NCBI GenBank assembly: GCA_023150835.1
Contig: JAKLKB010000041.1
Span: 810 to 64,809, forward strand
DNA: 64,000 nt
Direction: 5' to 3'
Source: Myxococcota bacterium
Lineage (GTDB): Bacteria > Myxococcota_C > UBA6777
This document shows positions 17,574 through 27,976 of this stretch, piece by piece. The position numbers and the translations under genes are program-made. Below the pieces are notes generated by a model. It made no database searches and had not been told where the DNA came from. It saw nothing but the letters and a program-made list of their open reading frames with translations. Numbering within the stretch: the first letter of the stretch is position 1; each line of letters starts with the position of its first letter.

Positions 17574-18800
17574 TTAGAGTACAAAGACTTGGATCTGTTC
17601 GTTGATCTCGTCGATGCGGTCGCTGAGCGTTTGGGTGATGCGCAACAACAGCTTGATCCCGAGTGAGGGTTCTTCGTGAAGCAGCTTCAAGAAGGGTTCG
17701 CGATCGATCACCACAAGGCGCGAGGCTTCGACGGCACGCACACTTGCGGAGCGGGGCTTTTTGCTCAAAAGCGCCATCTCTCCGACGTGATCGCCTTGGT
17801 TCAAGATCGCGATCTCGACTTCTCCGCGTGTCACCACCAGTTGCCCTTCGAGGGTGATGTACATGCAGTCGCTATCGCTGCCTTGTTCGATCAAAAGATC
17901 CCCCGCCTCGCAATGTTCGATGCGTGCGAGGCTCATCACTTTCATACGCTCGGAAAGATCAAGATCTTGGAACAGAGGAACTTGTTTGATGATCTGGAGG
18001 CGAAGTGTCACTTCTTCGCCCCATGCTTGGGCTTCTCCGCTGACTTGCTCCGCGACGCGCAAAAGCACCGTTGTGATATTGTCCGAACCATCGCGCAAAC
18101 GGGCCAGATGGATCATCTCACCCGCGATCCCTTCGAGGGTAGCACGACTCATCAGATCGTTCAGTTCATTTGGTTCAAACACCGATCCGCTTAGACCATC
18201 CGAGCAAAGCAAGTACGTATCACCCGGCATCAGATCAAAGATCAAACCATCCACGCGCACTTCGCGTTGCAAGCCGATGGCGCGTGTGAGGATATTGGAG
18301 CGCGGATCGGTCATGGCTTTTTCTGGACTGAGAACCCCCGAAAAGACAAGCTCTGCAACCAAAGTGTGATCGTTGGTCAGCTTAAACACGCGATCTTGGC
18401 GACGAACATACAGGCGACTATCGCCGACGTGTCCGACGGCTGCGACGTTATCGGCCACGACCATAAAGGTCAACGTCGTCCCCATCCGCGCACAAGCAGG
18501 ATGGGCTTGGCCGTGATCGAACACCACCTGACAAGCCTTCGCCACCGCATTGCGCACCAAAACCGTCAATTGTTCCCGATCTGCGGGACTTCCCGTAAAT
18601 CCCTTCAAGAACGCTTTTGACTCACGCAACACTTGTTGTACTGTTTCAGCTGCCATCTGCGAAGCCACTTCGCCAGCGGCGTGTCCTCCCATCCCATCGC
18701 ACACAAGATACAAGCCCAAATCTTCATCGACGATGTAATAATCTTCGTTGTGTTCTCGCACCAAACCCACATCGCTTTTGCCCAAGGATAGGACTTGCAT
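17574..18800 (-). CDS. PP2C/PPM Ser/Thr phosphatase fused to a cNMP-binding domain
   Basis: SDVGLVREHNED, CDGMGGH, GTT, HVGDSR, LCSDGL, DNIT; cNMP cassette GEMALLSKKPRSASV; GAAGGAG RBS before ATG 18800. Confidence 0.93.
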   Translation of the reverse strand: MQVLSLGKSDVGLVREHNEDYYIVDEDLGLYLVCDGMGGHAAGEVASQMAAETVQQVLRESKAFLKGFTGSPADREQLTVLVRNAVAKACQVVFDHGQAHPACARMGTTLTFMVVADNVAAVGHVGDSRLYVRRQDRVFKLTNDHTLVAELVFSGVLSPEKAMTDPRSNILTRAIGLQREVRVDGLIFDLMPGDTYLLCSDGLSGSVFEPNELNDLMSRATLEGIAGEMIHLARLRDGSDNITTVLLRVAEQVSGEAQAWGEEVTLRLQIIKQVPLFQDLDLSERMKVMSLARIEHCEAGDLLIEQGSDSDCMYITLEGQLVVTRGEVEIAILNQGDHVGEMALLSKKPRSASVRAVEASRLVVIDREPFLKLLHEEPSLGIKLLLRITQTLSDRIDEINEQIQVFVL

Positions 18801-18958
18801 CGCTCTCGCTCCTTCGTGCCTTTTGCCAAGTTGTACCGCCTCGAAAACTTTATCGCCGCCTAGCCTAGCCGATCTGGGAACGAGCATCAAGAACGCTGTG
18901 CGCAAACAAAACCTACCGATATGGGTCATCTCTCGCTCGGAAAGGGCTTACGCAGTAG

Positions 18959-19088
18959 GCAAAACCCCCCATGTTCGCGGCACTTCAAGCGGAGTCGCCA
19001 TTGGTTTGAGCAACGTCGGCTCACACCGTCCATACGGGTCAAGGGAGCCGCACGAAGGCAGTGGAGCGTGGGGTGACACCCCACAAAA
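18959..19088 (+). repeat. Dispersed ~130-bp intergenic repeat (MITE/REP-like), copy 1
   Basis: Blocks aaaacccc-atgttcgc, tcaagcggag, acggg(g)tcaaggg and gtgggg..cccca shared with copies at 32616, 52431 and 53940. Confidence 0.75.
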
Positions 19089-19135
19089 CAAGAAGTGCCG
19101 ATCCGAAGTCGGATCAAGAAAGAAGCCGAAGAGGA

Positions 19136-22135
19136 TTAGGGGGCGAGGCAGCGGGCTTTGTAGGTCACGGTGATGGTGGAGCCGACTTGGGGGGTCGAAG
19201 AGATAGAGAAAGAGATGCTGTTGGCGTTGGCGTTGAAGGTCCATCCTGACGCGCCTTGTGCAACGGTTTGGCCATCCACCTTGACTTGGAGGGTGGCAGG
19301 ATCAGCGGGACGTGACAAGAAAAATTCGCTGCGCAGACCAAAGGTGACAGCCCCGAGTTGGTTGAGGGTATTGGCCCAGTTTTGGTCACAGATCGAGGCT
19401 TGCACCCCCTTCATCAAAGAGGCGATCTCCCAATAACGCGGAGCGGCCTTGACTTTGGTTCCCGAGGGGGGAGTACAGCCATCGGGCATCTGCCCAACGA
19501 CCGACGAGGCGCGCACATCGTCTCCACGAATTCCTTTGAGGGATCGGAAAAAATTAACATAGAACTGGACCGCTTCGGGCGAAGAGTCTGTCTCATCGGA
19601 CACATAGATGATCGACAGAGCGGCTTCGCTGCGATAAAAACCCTTGTTGCATCCGCCGAGTCGGTCGGGTTGAAGCGCATAATACGAGGCGGTCAAGCCT
19701 TGTTCGGTCCCTGAACCTTGCAGACCGACTTTGACGTTATCTGCAAATTTTTGCGGTCCGTTGGGGGTTTGTGGAGTGACAACGGTCGGTGTTCCGCGAA
19801 AACAACCTGTGGCAGGGATGGCAGGGCGGCTGTCGCGTTTGCAAAGCCCGTCGCTTCCGAGTTTGTACTTGCTACCGGGGACGCCACAATCTGCATCGGT
19901 TGTGGTGACGGCGATGTGATAGTCGACTTGGAGACGTGAGGCCCATTGGAAGAAAGAGGAAAGGTTGGCGGAGAGGTTGTTTTGGTTGTCGAGCATCGAG
20001 TTGGAGTCGTCGATCACAAAAAGGATATCGACTTTGGGAGTGCCGATCTGCTTGAAGGTATCGGTCTGTTCGTCGGTATCAACCCCGCGTGCGCTGAGCG
20101 GCACGATATAAGGGGACTGCCCGGGGGCGGAGTTGATCACTTCAAGAGTCCGTTGATCGGGGCCCAAAGCGCTCGGAACATAGGCCAGTTTCACGGTGGC
20201 GCTTTGCCCGTACAACAACGTCAGCGGAAGGTTGGGGGCTTGGCGCAAACGGAACTCTGTATCGTTGGTCTTTCCGTCGATTTGGAGCGCCGAGACGGTG
20301 AGAGGATCTTGGCAGGTATTGAGGATCTCCAGAGCGTAATCCAAGCCTCGGCAGCCTTGTTGTGTCGCGCCCATATCCAAGGGGGAAGGCAAGACTTCGA
20401 TGCAAGCTTTGCCACTTGCACCGAGCAAGTTGACGTTCAATTGGGGGTTGACTTTGTCGCTAGAGAGCAAGGCCAAGGTGCCTTGGCTTTGTGCGGCCCC
20501 GCGAGGCGTGTACGAAAGATCCAGAACCAGCCGTTGTGCGGGTGGGATCACTTCGCCTTGGGGGTTGAGTGTGGTTTGGATCGAAAAGACTTGCGACGGA
20601 TTGACGGTGAGGTTGGCTTGAAACAACGTGCAATCTTCGTAGCCGATGTTTTCGATTTGGACCTTGCCTGCGCGAGAAGCGCCTGTTGGGACGAAACCAA
20701 AGTTTAAGGTCGAAGGGATGGCGCGAAGCTCACAAGGGCTGCTTGACGCATTGCGCGAAAGCAAGGGGATCTCCATCACAGGCCGCAGCGGATCATCGGT
20801 CTCAAGCAACAGCTTTCCTTGATCGGCGTTATCGTCGGCTTTGGTGAAGCGGATCTTGAGGGTCAAGATCTTGCTTGGCGCGAGGGTGGCGGGAGTAGAG
20901 GGAGGTTCCACAAAGTCGAACTCGCGGCTGGTGGTGGCCGAAAACGAGGCTTTTTTGAGCGTGCAGTCTTTGTTGCCTTGGTTGCTCAGGGTGAGGGTCT
21001 TTTCTTCGCTGCGTAGAAAAAGAAGCTGCGTTGGCAAGGCACTAAGGATACACCCCGAGGGTTGAACTTCGAGCGCGACGATGGCCTTGGGTGTGTCGGG
21101 GTCGTTGCTTTCGACTTCCACGGCCCCCCCTGCGGGCTTGGGTTCAACGGCGTTGTAAGTGACGGTGATCTCTTGTGTGTTGGCGGGGGCAAGCGTCAAA
21201 GGCAGCGTCGGTAGGCTGTCTAGGCCAAACTCTTTGGGGGTGCTTGCCGAAAGCTTGATCGCCGAGACCAACAAGGGCTGAGCTCCTGCGTTTCGGATCA
21301 CAAAGGTGCGTTTTCCTTGGCTTCCTGCGGGGACATCATCAAAGAGCAAACGCACAGGCTCAAGCAAAATGCGCGGCGCATCGCGTTCTCCGACCACCCG
21401 CACCACAAGAGGCTGTGTGCTTGCGTCGTGAACAAAAGACAGGGCAGCTTCGGATTGGTGGCCTTTTGGAGTATAAGAGACATCGATCTTGGCGGACTCA
21501 CCGGGTTTAAGCAATGCAGGATACGTCAGAGCCTTGACGATCGCAAAAGCGGCTTCGGCGTTGCCTTCCCATGCCCCCGAACGCACCTGAACGTCGGCTT
21601 GTCCTTGGTTGGTCAGGGTCAAGGTCAGGGTCTTGCTGGTGTTTGGGGCGAATTTGCCAAAGTCAAGCGGATTTGGACTGGCTTGCAACACACCGCTGAC
21701 GAGACTCGAACGGATCGGTACACGTGTATCCCCCGTGTCTGCGACGTTTCGGCCCGTGTGGACGATGCTCAAATAGCCACTCGCTACTCCCGCAACTTTG
21801 GGCGTATAACGGATCTTGACACGCAGGCTCTGTTGGGGTTCTAACGCACGCGGTAGCCCCAAAGCTTCGACCCCCACAAGAGAAAAAGCCTCTCCTTGTT
21901 CGAGCGGTTTTAAGGTTAGGCTGCTCAAAGACAAAGCCACCTGCCCGATATTGCGTAACAACACTTCACGATCGCTGCTTTGCCCGATCGGAAGAGCCGG
22001 AAAGATCACGTTTTCGGGTTGTACCTCCAGTTCGGCATACGTCCCCGTCCCTGTGTTGTCGCACTCGCAAGCCGCCAATCCCATCGAAAACAACAGCACC
22101 AAACAAACACCCACCATCCACACACGTTGCCGCAT
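19136..22135 (-). CDS. Lipoprotein with ~6 ASH/choice-of-anchor-D Ig-like repeats and C-terminal vWA domain
   Basis: Lipobox LAAC; repeats of P..L.FG...LxNxG; vWA MIDAS-like VDILFVIDDSNSM, IAVTTTD, IIYVSDETD. Confidence 0.88.
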   Translation of the reverse strand: MRQRVWMVGVCLVLLFSMGLAACECDNTGTGTYAELEVQPENVIFPALPIGQSSDREVLLRNIGQVALSLSSLTLKPLEQGEAFSLVGVEALGLPRALEPQQSLRVKIRYTPKVAGVASGYLSIVHTGRNVADTGDTRVPIRSSLVSGVLQASPNPLDFGKFAPNTSKTLTLTLTNQGQADVQVRSGAWEGNAEAAFAIVKALTYPALLKPGESAKIDVSYTPKGHQSEAALSFVHDASTQPLVVRVVGERDAPRILLEPVRLLFDDVPAGSQGKRTFVIRNAGAQPLLVSAIKLSASTPKEFGLDSLPTLPLTLAPANTQEITVTYNAVEPKPAGGAVEVESNDPDTPKAIVALEVQPSGCILSALPTQLLFLRSEEKTLTLSNQGNKDCTLKKASFSATTSREFDFVEPPSTPATLAPSKILTLKIRFTKADDNADQGKLLLETDDPLRPVMEIPLLSRNASSSPCELRAIPSTLNFGFVPTGASRAGKVQIENIGYEDCTLFQANLTVNPSQVFSIQTTLNPQGEVIPPAQRLVLDLSYTPRGAAQSQGTLALLSSDKVNPQLNVNLLGASGKACIEVLPSPLDMGATQQGCRGLDYALEILNTCQDPLTVSALQIDGKTNDTEFRLRQAPNLPLTLLYGQSATVKLAYVPSALGPDQRTLEVINSAPGQSPYIVPLSARGVDTDEQTDTFKQIGTPKVDILFVIDDSNSMLDNQNNLSANLSSFFQWASRLQVDYHIAVTTTDADCGVPGSKYKLGSDGLCKRDSRPAIPATGCFRGTPTVVTPQTPNGPQKFADNVKVGLQGSGTEQGLTASYYALQPDRLGGCNKGFYRSEAALSIIYVSDETDSSPEAVQFYVNFFRSLKGIRGDDVRASSVVGQMPDGCTPPSGTKVKAAPRYWEIASLMKGVQASICDQNWANTLNQLGAVTFGLRSEFFLSRPADPATLQVKVDGQTVAQGASGWTFNANANSISFSISSTPQVGSTITVTYKARCLAP

Positions 22136-22184
22136 TCAAACCTCCCATGCTTTCCAAGAGCGTTCCTCGCTCCGCCGCTCGACT

Positions 22185-22739
22185 TTATCTCGACACAGAG
22201 GGTTCCGACAACGCACCCGAAAACGCCCGAAACAACATCCATGCACTCAAACTCATCCCGCTCCACATGGCTCCCGAGACGATCGCTTGGTCGATCTCTT
22301 GCGCGCTGCAAACCACGCTTTCGATCTCTTCGCCTTCTTCGGGCGATGGCGCGGCAACCTGTGTGGCCTCACGCGCCCAATACACCAGACTCCGCTCGTC
22401 CAACAACCCCACGCAAGGGGAGACGCTTCCTAACGCGATCCACTCCTGCGCGCAATAGCCTGTTTCTTCGCGCAACTCCAACATTGCTCTTTCTTCGGGC
22501 GAAGCCGTCGCATCGCACGCTCCCCCCGGAAACTCCAACCCCCAACCGCCCCACAAATAGCGGTACTGGCGCACCAACACAAAACGACCATCGCTGCGCT
22601 GTGGAACCACCAACACTGATCCCGGCGTCCGCGCATAATAGTAACGCCCCCTTCGCCCTGTTGGTGTCTCGTACTCTTCTTCGATCGAAGACCAATACGG
22701 ATTCTCATGCAAGATCTGTTGAGAGACTCGTTTCCACAT
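22185..22739 (-). CDS. NUDIX hydrolase (ADP-ribose pyrophosphatase-like)
   Basis: LVRQYRY, LEFPGG...ELREETGY; Nudix box partly divergent. Confidence 0.88.
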   Translation of the reverse strand: MWKRVSQQILHENPYWSSIEEEYETPTGRRGRYYYARTPGSVLVVPQRSDGRFVLVRQYRYLWGGWGLEFPGGACDATASPEERAMLELREETGYCAQEWIALGSVSPCVGLLDERSLVYWAREATQVAAPSPEEGEEIESVVCSAQEIDQAIVSGAMWSGMSLSAWMLFRAFSGALSEPSVSR

Positions 22740-22751
22740 TGTTTTGCGGCC

Positions 22752-24071
22752 TTACGAACGGCTTTTTCCTGTGCGTTGTGTGTCGGACTGTGCTGTGCGT
22801 TGTGCGTCGGACTGTGTGTTGGGCAAGATCCAGCGGCTGTCTCGTTGGCTGGAAAAATCATCCAACGGATCAATTAATTCGGGAAAATGGCCGAGACGTT
22901 GCGCCAACAAACTTTGCAAGGCACGTTCGAGATCCGGGATCTGCTGACGCAAAGAAGTGTAATCTTCGACAGGAAGGTGCAGCAACAGTCCCCCCAAAGG
23001 CATCGAGACCGTCACTTGCGCAGGCAAGCCCATCAACAGAGAATACTCCCCCACGATATCTCCTTCCCCCAAGGTATCCACCCCACGATAACCCTCTTGG
23101 GTGCTGCGAGCGTGTGCTTCGCCATGCAAGATCACAAACAACCCCGGGGATGGATCGCCTTCGCGAAACAAGATCTCTGCGGGTTGTGCAACGCGAAGTC
23201 GGAACAAGTGATGAAACGTGTCATGCTCATCGATCTGAAATGCAGAAAGCCCGACTTTTAACAAGTTTTCGAGATAACGCTTTCGGATGATCTCTTGGAG
23301 TTGCTCTAAGATCGCGGGCTGTTTCTCCGCCAAAAACAAGAGATCTTCGGAGGCGATACGCCAAGCCATACTTTCGCAAGTGACGTACACGGTGGCACGG
23401 TGCGGGATATCCGTCAACAAGGACATCTCTCCAACATAGGTGGGCGCTTCGACCGTAGCCAACTCAACAAACTGACTGTCCGAGCGCTCTTGTTCAACGA
23501 CAGCCGTTCCGTGTGACAACAAGTAAAAAGCTCGCTCGCGTTGGCCTTGTCGGATCAATTCCGTCCCTGCATGGAGGCTCAATGGTTCGATATGCTTTGC
23601 AAAGGTCACAAAGTCCGCAAATTGGAGTTCGTGGAAGATCGGAACATTCGGAAGTTCATGTTCAGGAAGACGCGGAACCATCGAGATATCGACGCCTGTT
23701 GCATAGGCCATCCGAACCAGCGCATAACGCTCGCTTGGCAAGCGCGCTTCGAGATCTTGAACCAAAGCTCGGCGACGCACTGGCATGACGGGAAAAAGAA
23801 CGGGTTCTTGTTCACGATCTGCTTTGCGACAAAAACGTGCGGCCAATCGTTCGAGGGCTTCGTCTTGGGCTTTGCCTTGCAAATAAAGACGCGCCATCGC
23901 CAAGCCGCTAAAAAAATCTCCCACCCGCGCAGAGGCCCGTACAGACGCAAGGATCATATCTTGCGCAGCACGCAACCAACCATCCGCGATCAACGCACGC
24001 GCCAACGCAAAACGCGATTGGATGGACGTGGGATCTTTCAAAACCCCCAACAGTGTCTCGCGCAAGTTCAT
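22752..24071 (-). CDS. Protein with two cNMP-binding domains (paralog 2)
   Basis: LIRQGQ...FYLLSHG...GEMSLL and LFREGD...FVILHG...GEYSLL; N-terminal helical region. Confidence 0.88.
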   Translation of the reverse strand: MNLRETLLGVLKDPTSIQSRFALARALIADGWLRAAQDMILASVRASARVGDFFSGLAMARLYLQGKAQDEALERLAARFCRKADREQEPVLFPVMPVRRRALVQDLEARLPSERYALVRMAYATGVDISMVPRLPEHELPNVPIFHELQFADFVTFAKHIEPLSLHAGTELIRQGQRERAFYLLSHGTAVVEQERSDSQFVELATVEAPTYVGEMSLLTDIPHRATVYVTCESMAWRIASEDLLFLAEKQPAILEQLQEIIRKRYLENLLKVGLSAFQIDEHDTFHHLFRLRVAQPAEILFREGDPSPGLFVILHGEAHARSTQEGYRGVDTLGEGDIVGEYSLLMGLPAQVTVSMPLGGLLLHLPVEDYTSLRQQIPDLERALQSLLAQRLGHFPELIDPLDDFSSQRDSRWILPNTQSDAQRTAQSDTQRTGKSRS

Positions 24072-24180
24072 CCGCCCCCCTGCCCATCAAAAGCTCGCAC
24101 TATCAACGCAATGCCCCTTACATCAGAACTTTTCGCGCACACGATATCCGCACGCCCTGCCCTCTCAAAAACTCTCCGTC

Positions 24181-25515
24181 TCAAGATCGACCCTCCAATT
24201 TGGGTGGCCGCTTACCTGCTCCCACGGGAGTATCCGCATCGACTTCCCACCGTTCGGAAGGCAAGGCATCGGTATCTTCGGCAGGAATCAACCAAGACGC
24301 ATCAAGATGCTCATAGCTCAGCGGGATCGGGTTCACGATGTCGCGCAGGGCCTGCGTGCGCAACGTCATCAACTCGCGCAATGTGCTTTCCAAAGAAGGC
24401 TCCTCATTGCGCAACTGACGGTACGCATCGACCGGCAAGTGCAACACAATGCCCCCATCAGGCATCCAGATCCCCGCATTGGTCGGCTCGTTGTTGAGCA
24501 ACGAAAACTCCCCGAAAGTATCGCCCTCCCCCAATGTCGCCAGATGAACACGCCGACCATCGGGCGTTTGCATCAAGACCACAGCTTCTCCGTGTAGGAC
24601 CACAAACAAGCCGGGTGGAGGTGAACCTTGGGCAAACACTTGTTCGTCGACTTCGATCACCCGCACGCGAAAAGCCCGCAACAACCGCTCTTTGAAAGAA
24701 ATCGCCGAGAATACAGGACTCAAGCGCATCAAGTTCTCGATCTGCCGTTGCCGAACGATCACACGGATCTGCTCAAGGATCTCAGGATGCCTTCGCCCCA
24801 ACAAAGCCAACTGCTCCGCGCTGATCGACCACGCGATCACGTGGCTGCGCGCAAACACCGAAGCCCGATGCGAAACGGTCGTCAAAAGCCCCATCTCTCC
24901 GACGTACGACGGTGCTTCCACCAACGCAAGGACAAAGCTTTGCCCGTTACTCCGCTCTTGTCGCACTTCCACCACCCCATGCGACAGCAGATAAAATTGC
25001 TGCTCTTTCTCTCCTTGGCGCAGCAACAACTCTCCCGCAGACAACTTGCGCGGAACCAAGGACAACGCCATCTGGATAAATTCGCTATACGTCAGATCGC
25101 CAAACAGCGGAACATAGGGCATCGGTGTACCTTCTGGATAACCGATACCTGCGAGATCCGTCCCGATCTTTCGCGCAAAACGCACCTGTTCTTCCAACTC
25201 CAACGGCAGCGCGATCACTCGCGGCGAAGGCTGCGGCGGTGGTGGCACAAACCCTGCGACCCGTTGATCCACCGCAAAACGACGCGCCAAAAAAGACAAC
25301 ATCTCTTCGTGCAGATGTTCAGGAAGATGCAAGCGACACAACGCAAGCGCACTAAAAAACTCACCCCGCGAGGCCGCTGCATCGACCGCCGCACAAGCGA
25401 CTTCTTCCGCCCAGACCTTGTATCCCAACGCCGCCAACTCGTTCGACAACAGCAACCGCGACTTCACCGATCCCGGCTGCCTTGCCAACGTCAGAATCGC
25501 TTCTTGCAAGCTCAT
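24181..25515 (-). CDS. Protein with two cNMP-binding domains (paralog 1)
   Basis: LLRQGE...FYLLSHG...GEMGLL and VFAQGS...FVVLHG...GEFSLL; colinear with the downstream paralog. Confidence 0.88.
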   Translation of the reverse strand: MSLQEAILTLARQPGSVKSRLLLSNELAALGYKVWAEEVACAAVDAAASRGEFFSALALCRLHLPEHLHEEMLSFLARRFAVDQRVAGFVPPPPQPSPRVIALPLELEEQVRFARKIGTDLAGIGYPEGTPMPYVPLFGDLTYSEFIQMALSLVPRKLSAGELLLRQGEKEQQFYLLSHGVVEVRQERSNGQSFVLALVEAPSYVGEMGLLTTVSHRASVFARSHVIAWSISAEQLALLGRRHPEILEQIRVIVRQRQIENLMRLSPVFSAISFKERLLRAFRVRVIEVDEQVFAQGSPPPGLFVVLHGEAVVLMQTPDGRRVHLATLGEGDTFGEFSLLNNEPTNAGIWMPDGGIVLHLPVDAYRQLRNEEPSLESTLRELMTLRTQALRDIVNPIPLSYEHLDASWLIPAEDTDALPSERWEVDADTPVGAGKRPPKLEGRS

Positions 25516-25712
25516 CGATCACACTCCAACCACACCCAACCAACACAAACCCCGCTAGGCTACTTCTGTTCCGACCCAAACACAACAAGCCTCACCCGCT
25601 TTCCCACCCTCCGCCTCGTCCATTTTCCCCCCTCCTCTCACAAAGACCCCATACGATACACCGACGCCCCCGATTATGCGCACGTTTCGCAGCCACGTAT
25701 GCACTCATGATC

Positions 25713-27029
25713 TCACAAAGGTCCGACACGATGCGCCGATGTCCCCGAGGCTTCGCCAAAACCTTCGCGGGTAAAACAACACTGACCGCGAACAAAGGTC
25801 GCGATCGGCCAACCGCACAAGTTTTGCCCATCCCACGGGCTGATCCGCGACTTGGAAAAGAAGCCCATCGGCTCGACAGGACGAGGCGTATCCAGATCGA
25901 ACAACACCATATCGGCGGCCTCACCTGCAAGCAGGCGCGGCTCTTTCCATCCCATGATACGGGCAGGTCCGCTTGTCCATAGCCCCAACAACCGCTCGAT
26001 CGTCAGCAAACGCGGCACAACCAAGGCCGTGTAAAGAACGGCCCAAGCGGTCTCCAATCCTGCGATCCCTGCGGGTGCTTGCACGAGGTCTTGTTCTTTT
26101 TCCGCCAGCGTCCAAGGCAGATGATCCGTCGTGATGCAATCGATCTTTCCGTCGATCAAAGCCTGCCGCAGGGCCTTTGCGTCGCTCGGTGGGCGCAACG
26201 GCGGAAAGACTTTGTAGCGCGGATCAAACGAAGCCATCGACTCTTCCGACAGCAACAAATGATGCGGGGTTGTTCCGACTGAGATCGGCGCACCTTGTGC
26301 CCGCAACCACGCCAACAATTCAACGCTTTCGCTGGTTGTCACGTGTCCAAAATGGACTCTCGCACCCGTCATCCGAGCGATATCGGCGTCTCGGTACAAG
26401 GCCAGCCGCTCAGCGATCGCTGGCTGACCCGGCAAACCAAGCCGCTCGCTTACACGCCCCTCGTGCATGACTCCTGCTTGGCAGAGGTTGCGATCAAGCC
26501 CGCCTCCTTGTACCAAAAGGCCCAACTCTTCAGCATATTCACACGCACGACGGAAAAGATGACCGTCCCGCACCGCCATCACACCGTCCGTCGCCAACAC
26601 CACGCCTGCCTGTTGCAACGCTGCAAGATCCGCGATCTGCTCTCCATTCAGACCGCAACTCAACGCACCCGCAACGCGCACGCGCACTCCCCCCAAAGTC
26701 TCCGCACGCGCCTGTAGATGCGCCACTTGCGCAGCATCATCCAACACAGGCTCCGTATCGGGCATCACCACCACCGTCCCAAATCCCCCTGCTGCCGCCG
26801 CTTTCATCCCAGCAGCCAGACCCTCGCGCACCTCTTGGCCGGGATCACAAAAGTGTGCCTGTAGGTCAATCAACGCAGGAGCCAACAACGCCCCTTTCGC
26901 CTCCCACACCCGATCCACCTCGCCACCCACGCCTACGCCCTCGATCACACCCTCGCGCCAATACAGATCTGCAACCTCCGTCCCCTCGGTCCATCCTGCA
27001 ATTCGTGCATCCTTGATCACTTGTCTCAT
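25713..27029 (-). CDS. pyrC: Dihydroorotase family protein, probably the non-catalytic PyrC' type
   Basis: AAAGGFGTVVVMPDTEP, TPHHL, KVFPPLR, TDHLP, GIAGLETA; overlaps the pyrB stop; HxH reads QAH. Confidence 0.9.
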   Translation of the reverse strand: MRQVIKDARIAGWTEGTEVADLYWREGVIEGVGVGGEVDRVWEAKGALLAPALIDLQAHFCDPGQEVREGLAAGMKAAAAGGFGTVVVMPDTEPVLDDAAQVAHLQARAETLGGVRVRVAGALSCGLNGEQIADLAALQQAGVVLATDGVMAVRDGHLFRRACEYAEELGLLVQGGGLDRNLCQAGVMHEGRVSERLGLPGQPAIAERLALYRDADIARMTGARVHFGHVTTSESVELLAWLRAQGAPISVGTTPHHLLLSEESMASFDPRYKVFPPLRPPSDAKALRQALIDGKIDCITTDHLPWTLAEKEQDLVQAPAGIAGLETAWAVLYTALVVPRLLTIERLLGLWTSGPARIMGWKEPRLLAGEAADMVLFDLDTPRPVEPMGFFSKSRISPWDGQNLCGWPIATFVRGQCCFTREGFGEASGTSAHRVGPL

Positions 27030-27976
27030 CGCGCTCTCCCCACCAACAAACTGTACAACACCGCCATCCGCACAGGAACACCATTCGCCACTTGCTGCTC
27101 GATCACACTGCGCGGGCTATCCGCCAACACCCCTTCGATCTCCACATCCCGATTCATCGGCCCCGGGTGCATCACCAAAGCATCGGGATGAGCGTGTTCC
27201 ATTACCTTTGCGGTCAACTGATACCGCGCTTGGTACTCTGACAACGAAGGAAACAATCCACTCTGCATTCGCTCTCGCTGCATCCGCAACGCCATCACGG
27301 CGTGCGCTCCTTCGACCGCTTCTTCCAAGCGAAAACAGCGCTGAACCCCCGGCCAATGCCCCAGTTCTGTCGGCAAGAGCGTACGCGGACCACACAACAC
27401 CACTTCCGCCCCAAGCTTCGTCCACAAGCCGATATTCGACCGCGCCACCCGCGAGTGCATCACGTCTCCAACGATCACCAAGCGCTTTCCTCGAAAACCA
27501 TCAAATCCCCGAAAACCTTGGCGAAAAGTATATCCATCCAACAGCGCTTGCGTCGGATGAGCCCGACGCCCATCTCCTGCATTCACGATCGCAGCGTCCG
27601 TCCAACGACTCAATTGATGCGGCGTCCCTGCAACGCCATGACGCACCACATACAGATCCGCTTGCATCGCATCGATCGCCTTGAGCGTGTCCTTCAAAGA
27701 TTCGCCTTTCGATAGGCTCGAACCACCCGCCGCAAAGTTCAACACCTCTGCACTTTGCGCTTTGGCCGCACGCTCAAAACTCAACCGCGTCCTTGTGCTG
27801 TTTTCAAAAAACAACGTCACGATCGTCAATCCCTGCAACGCAGGCACTTTCTTTACTTTTCGCTGCATCACCTCCACCATCGCGTCCGTGGTTCGCCACA
27901 ACGACTCGATCTCCGAGGCTGACCAATCCTCCAGATCCAACAGGTGACGATGACGTATCTGCACCGCTTCCATCAT
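27026..27976 (-). CDS. pyrB: Aspartate carbamoyltransferase catalytic subunit
   Basis: FFENSTRTRLSF, KGESLKDT, NAGDG..HPTQALLD, HSRVARS, LRMQRER, MHPGPMNR. Confidence 0.98.
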   Translation of the reverse strand: MMEAVQIRHRHLLDLEDWSASEIESLWRTTDAMVEVMQRKVKKVPALQGLTIVTLFFENSTRTRLSFERAAKAQSAEVLNFAAGGSSLSKGESLKDTLKAIDAMQADLYVVRHGVAGTPHQLSRWTDAAIVNAGDGRRAHPTQALLDGYTFRQGFRGFDGFRGKRLVIVGDVMHSRVARSNIGLWTKLGAEVVLCGPRTLLPTELGHWPGVQRCFRLEEAVEGAHAVMALRMQRERMQSGLFPSLSEYQARYQLTAKVMEHAHPDALVMHPGPMNRDVEIEGVLADSPRSVIEQQVANGVPVRMAVLYSLLVGRAR

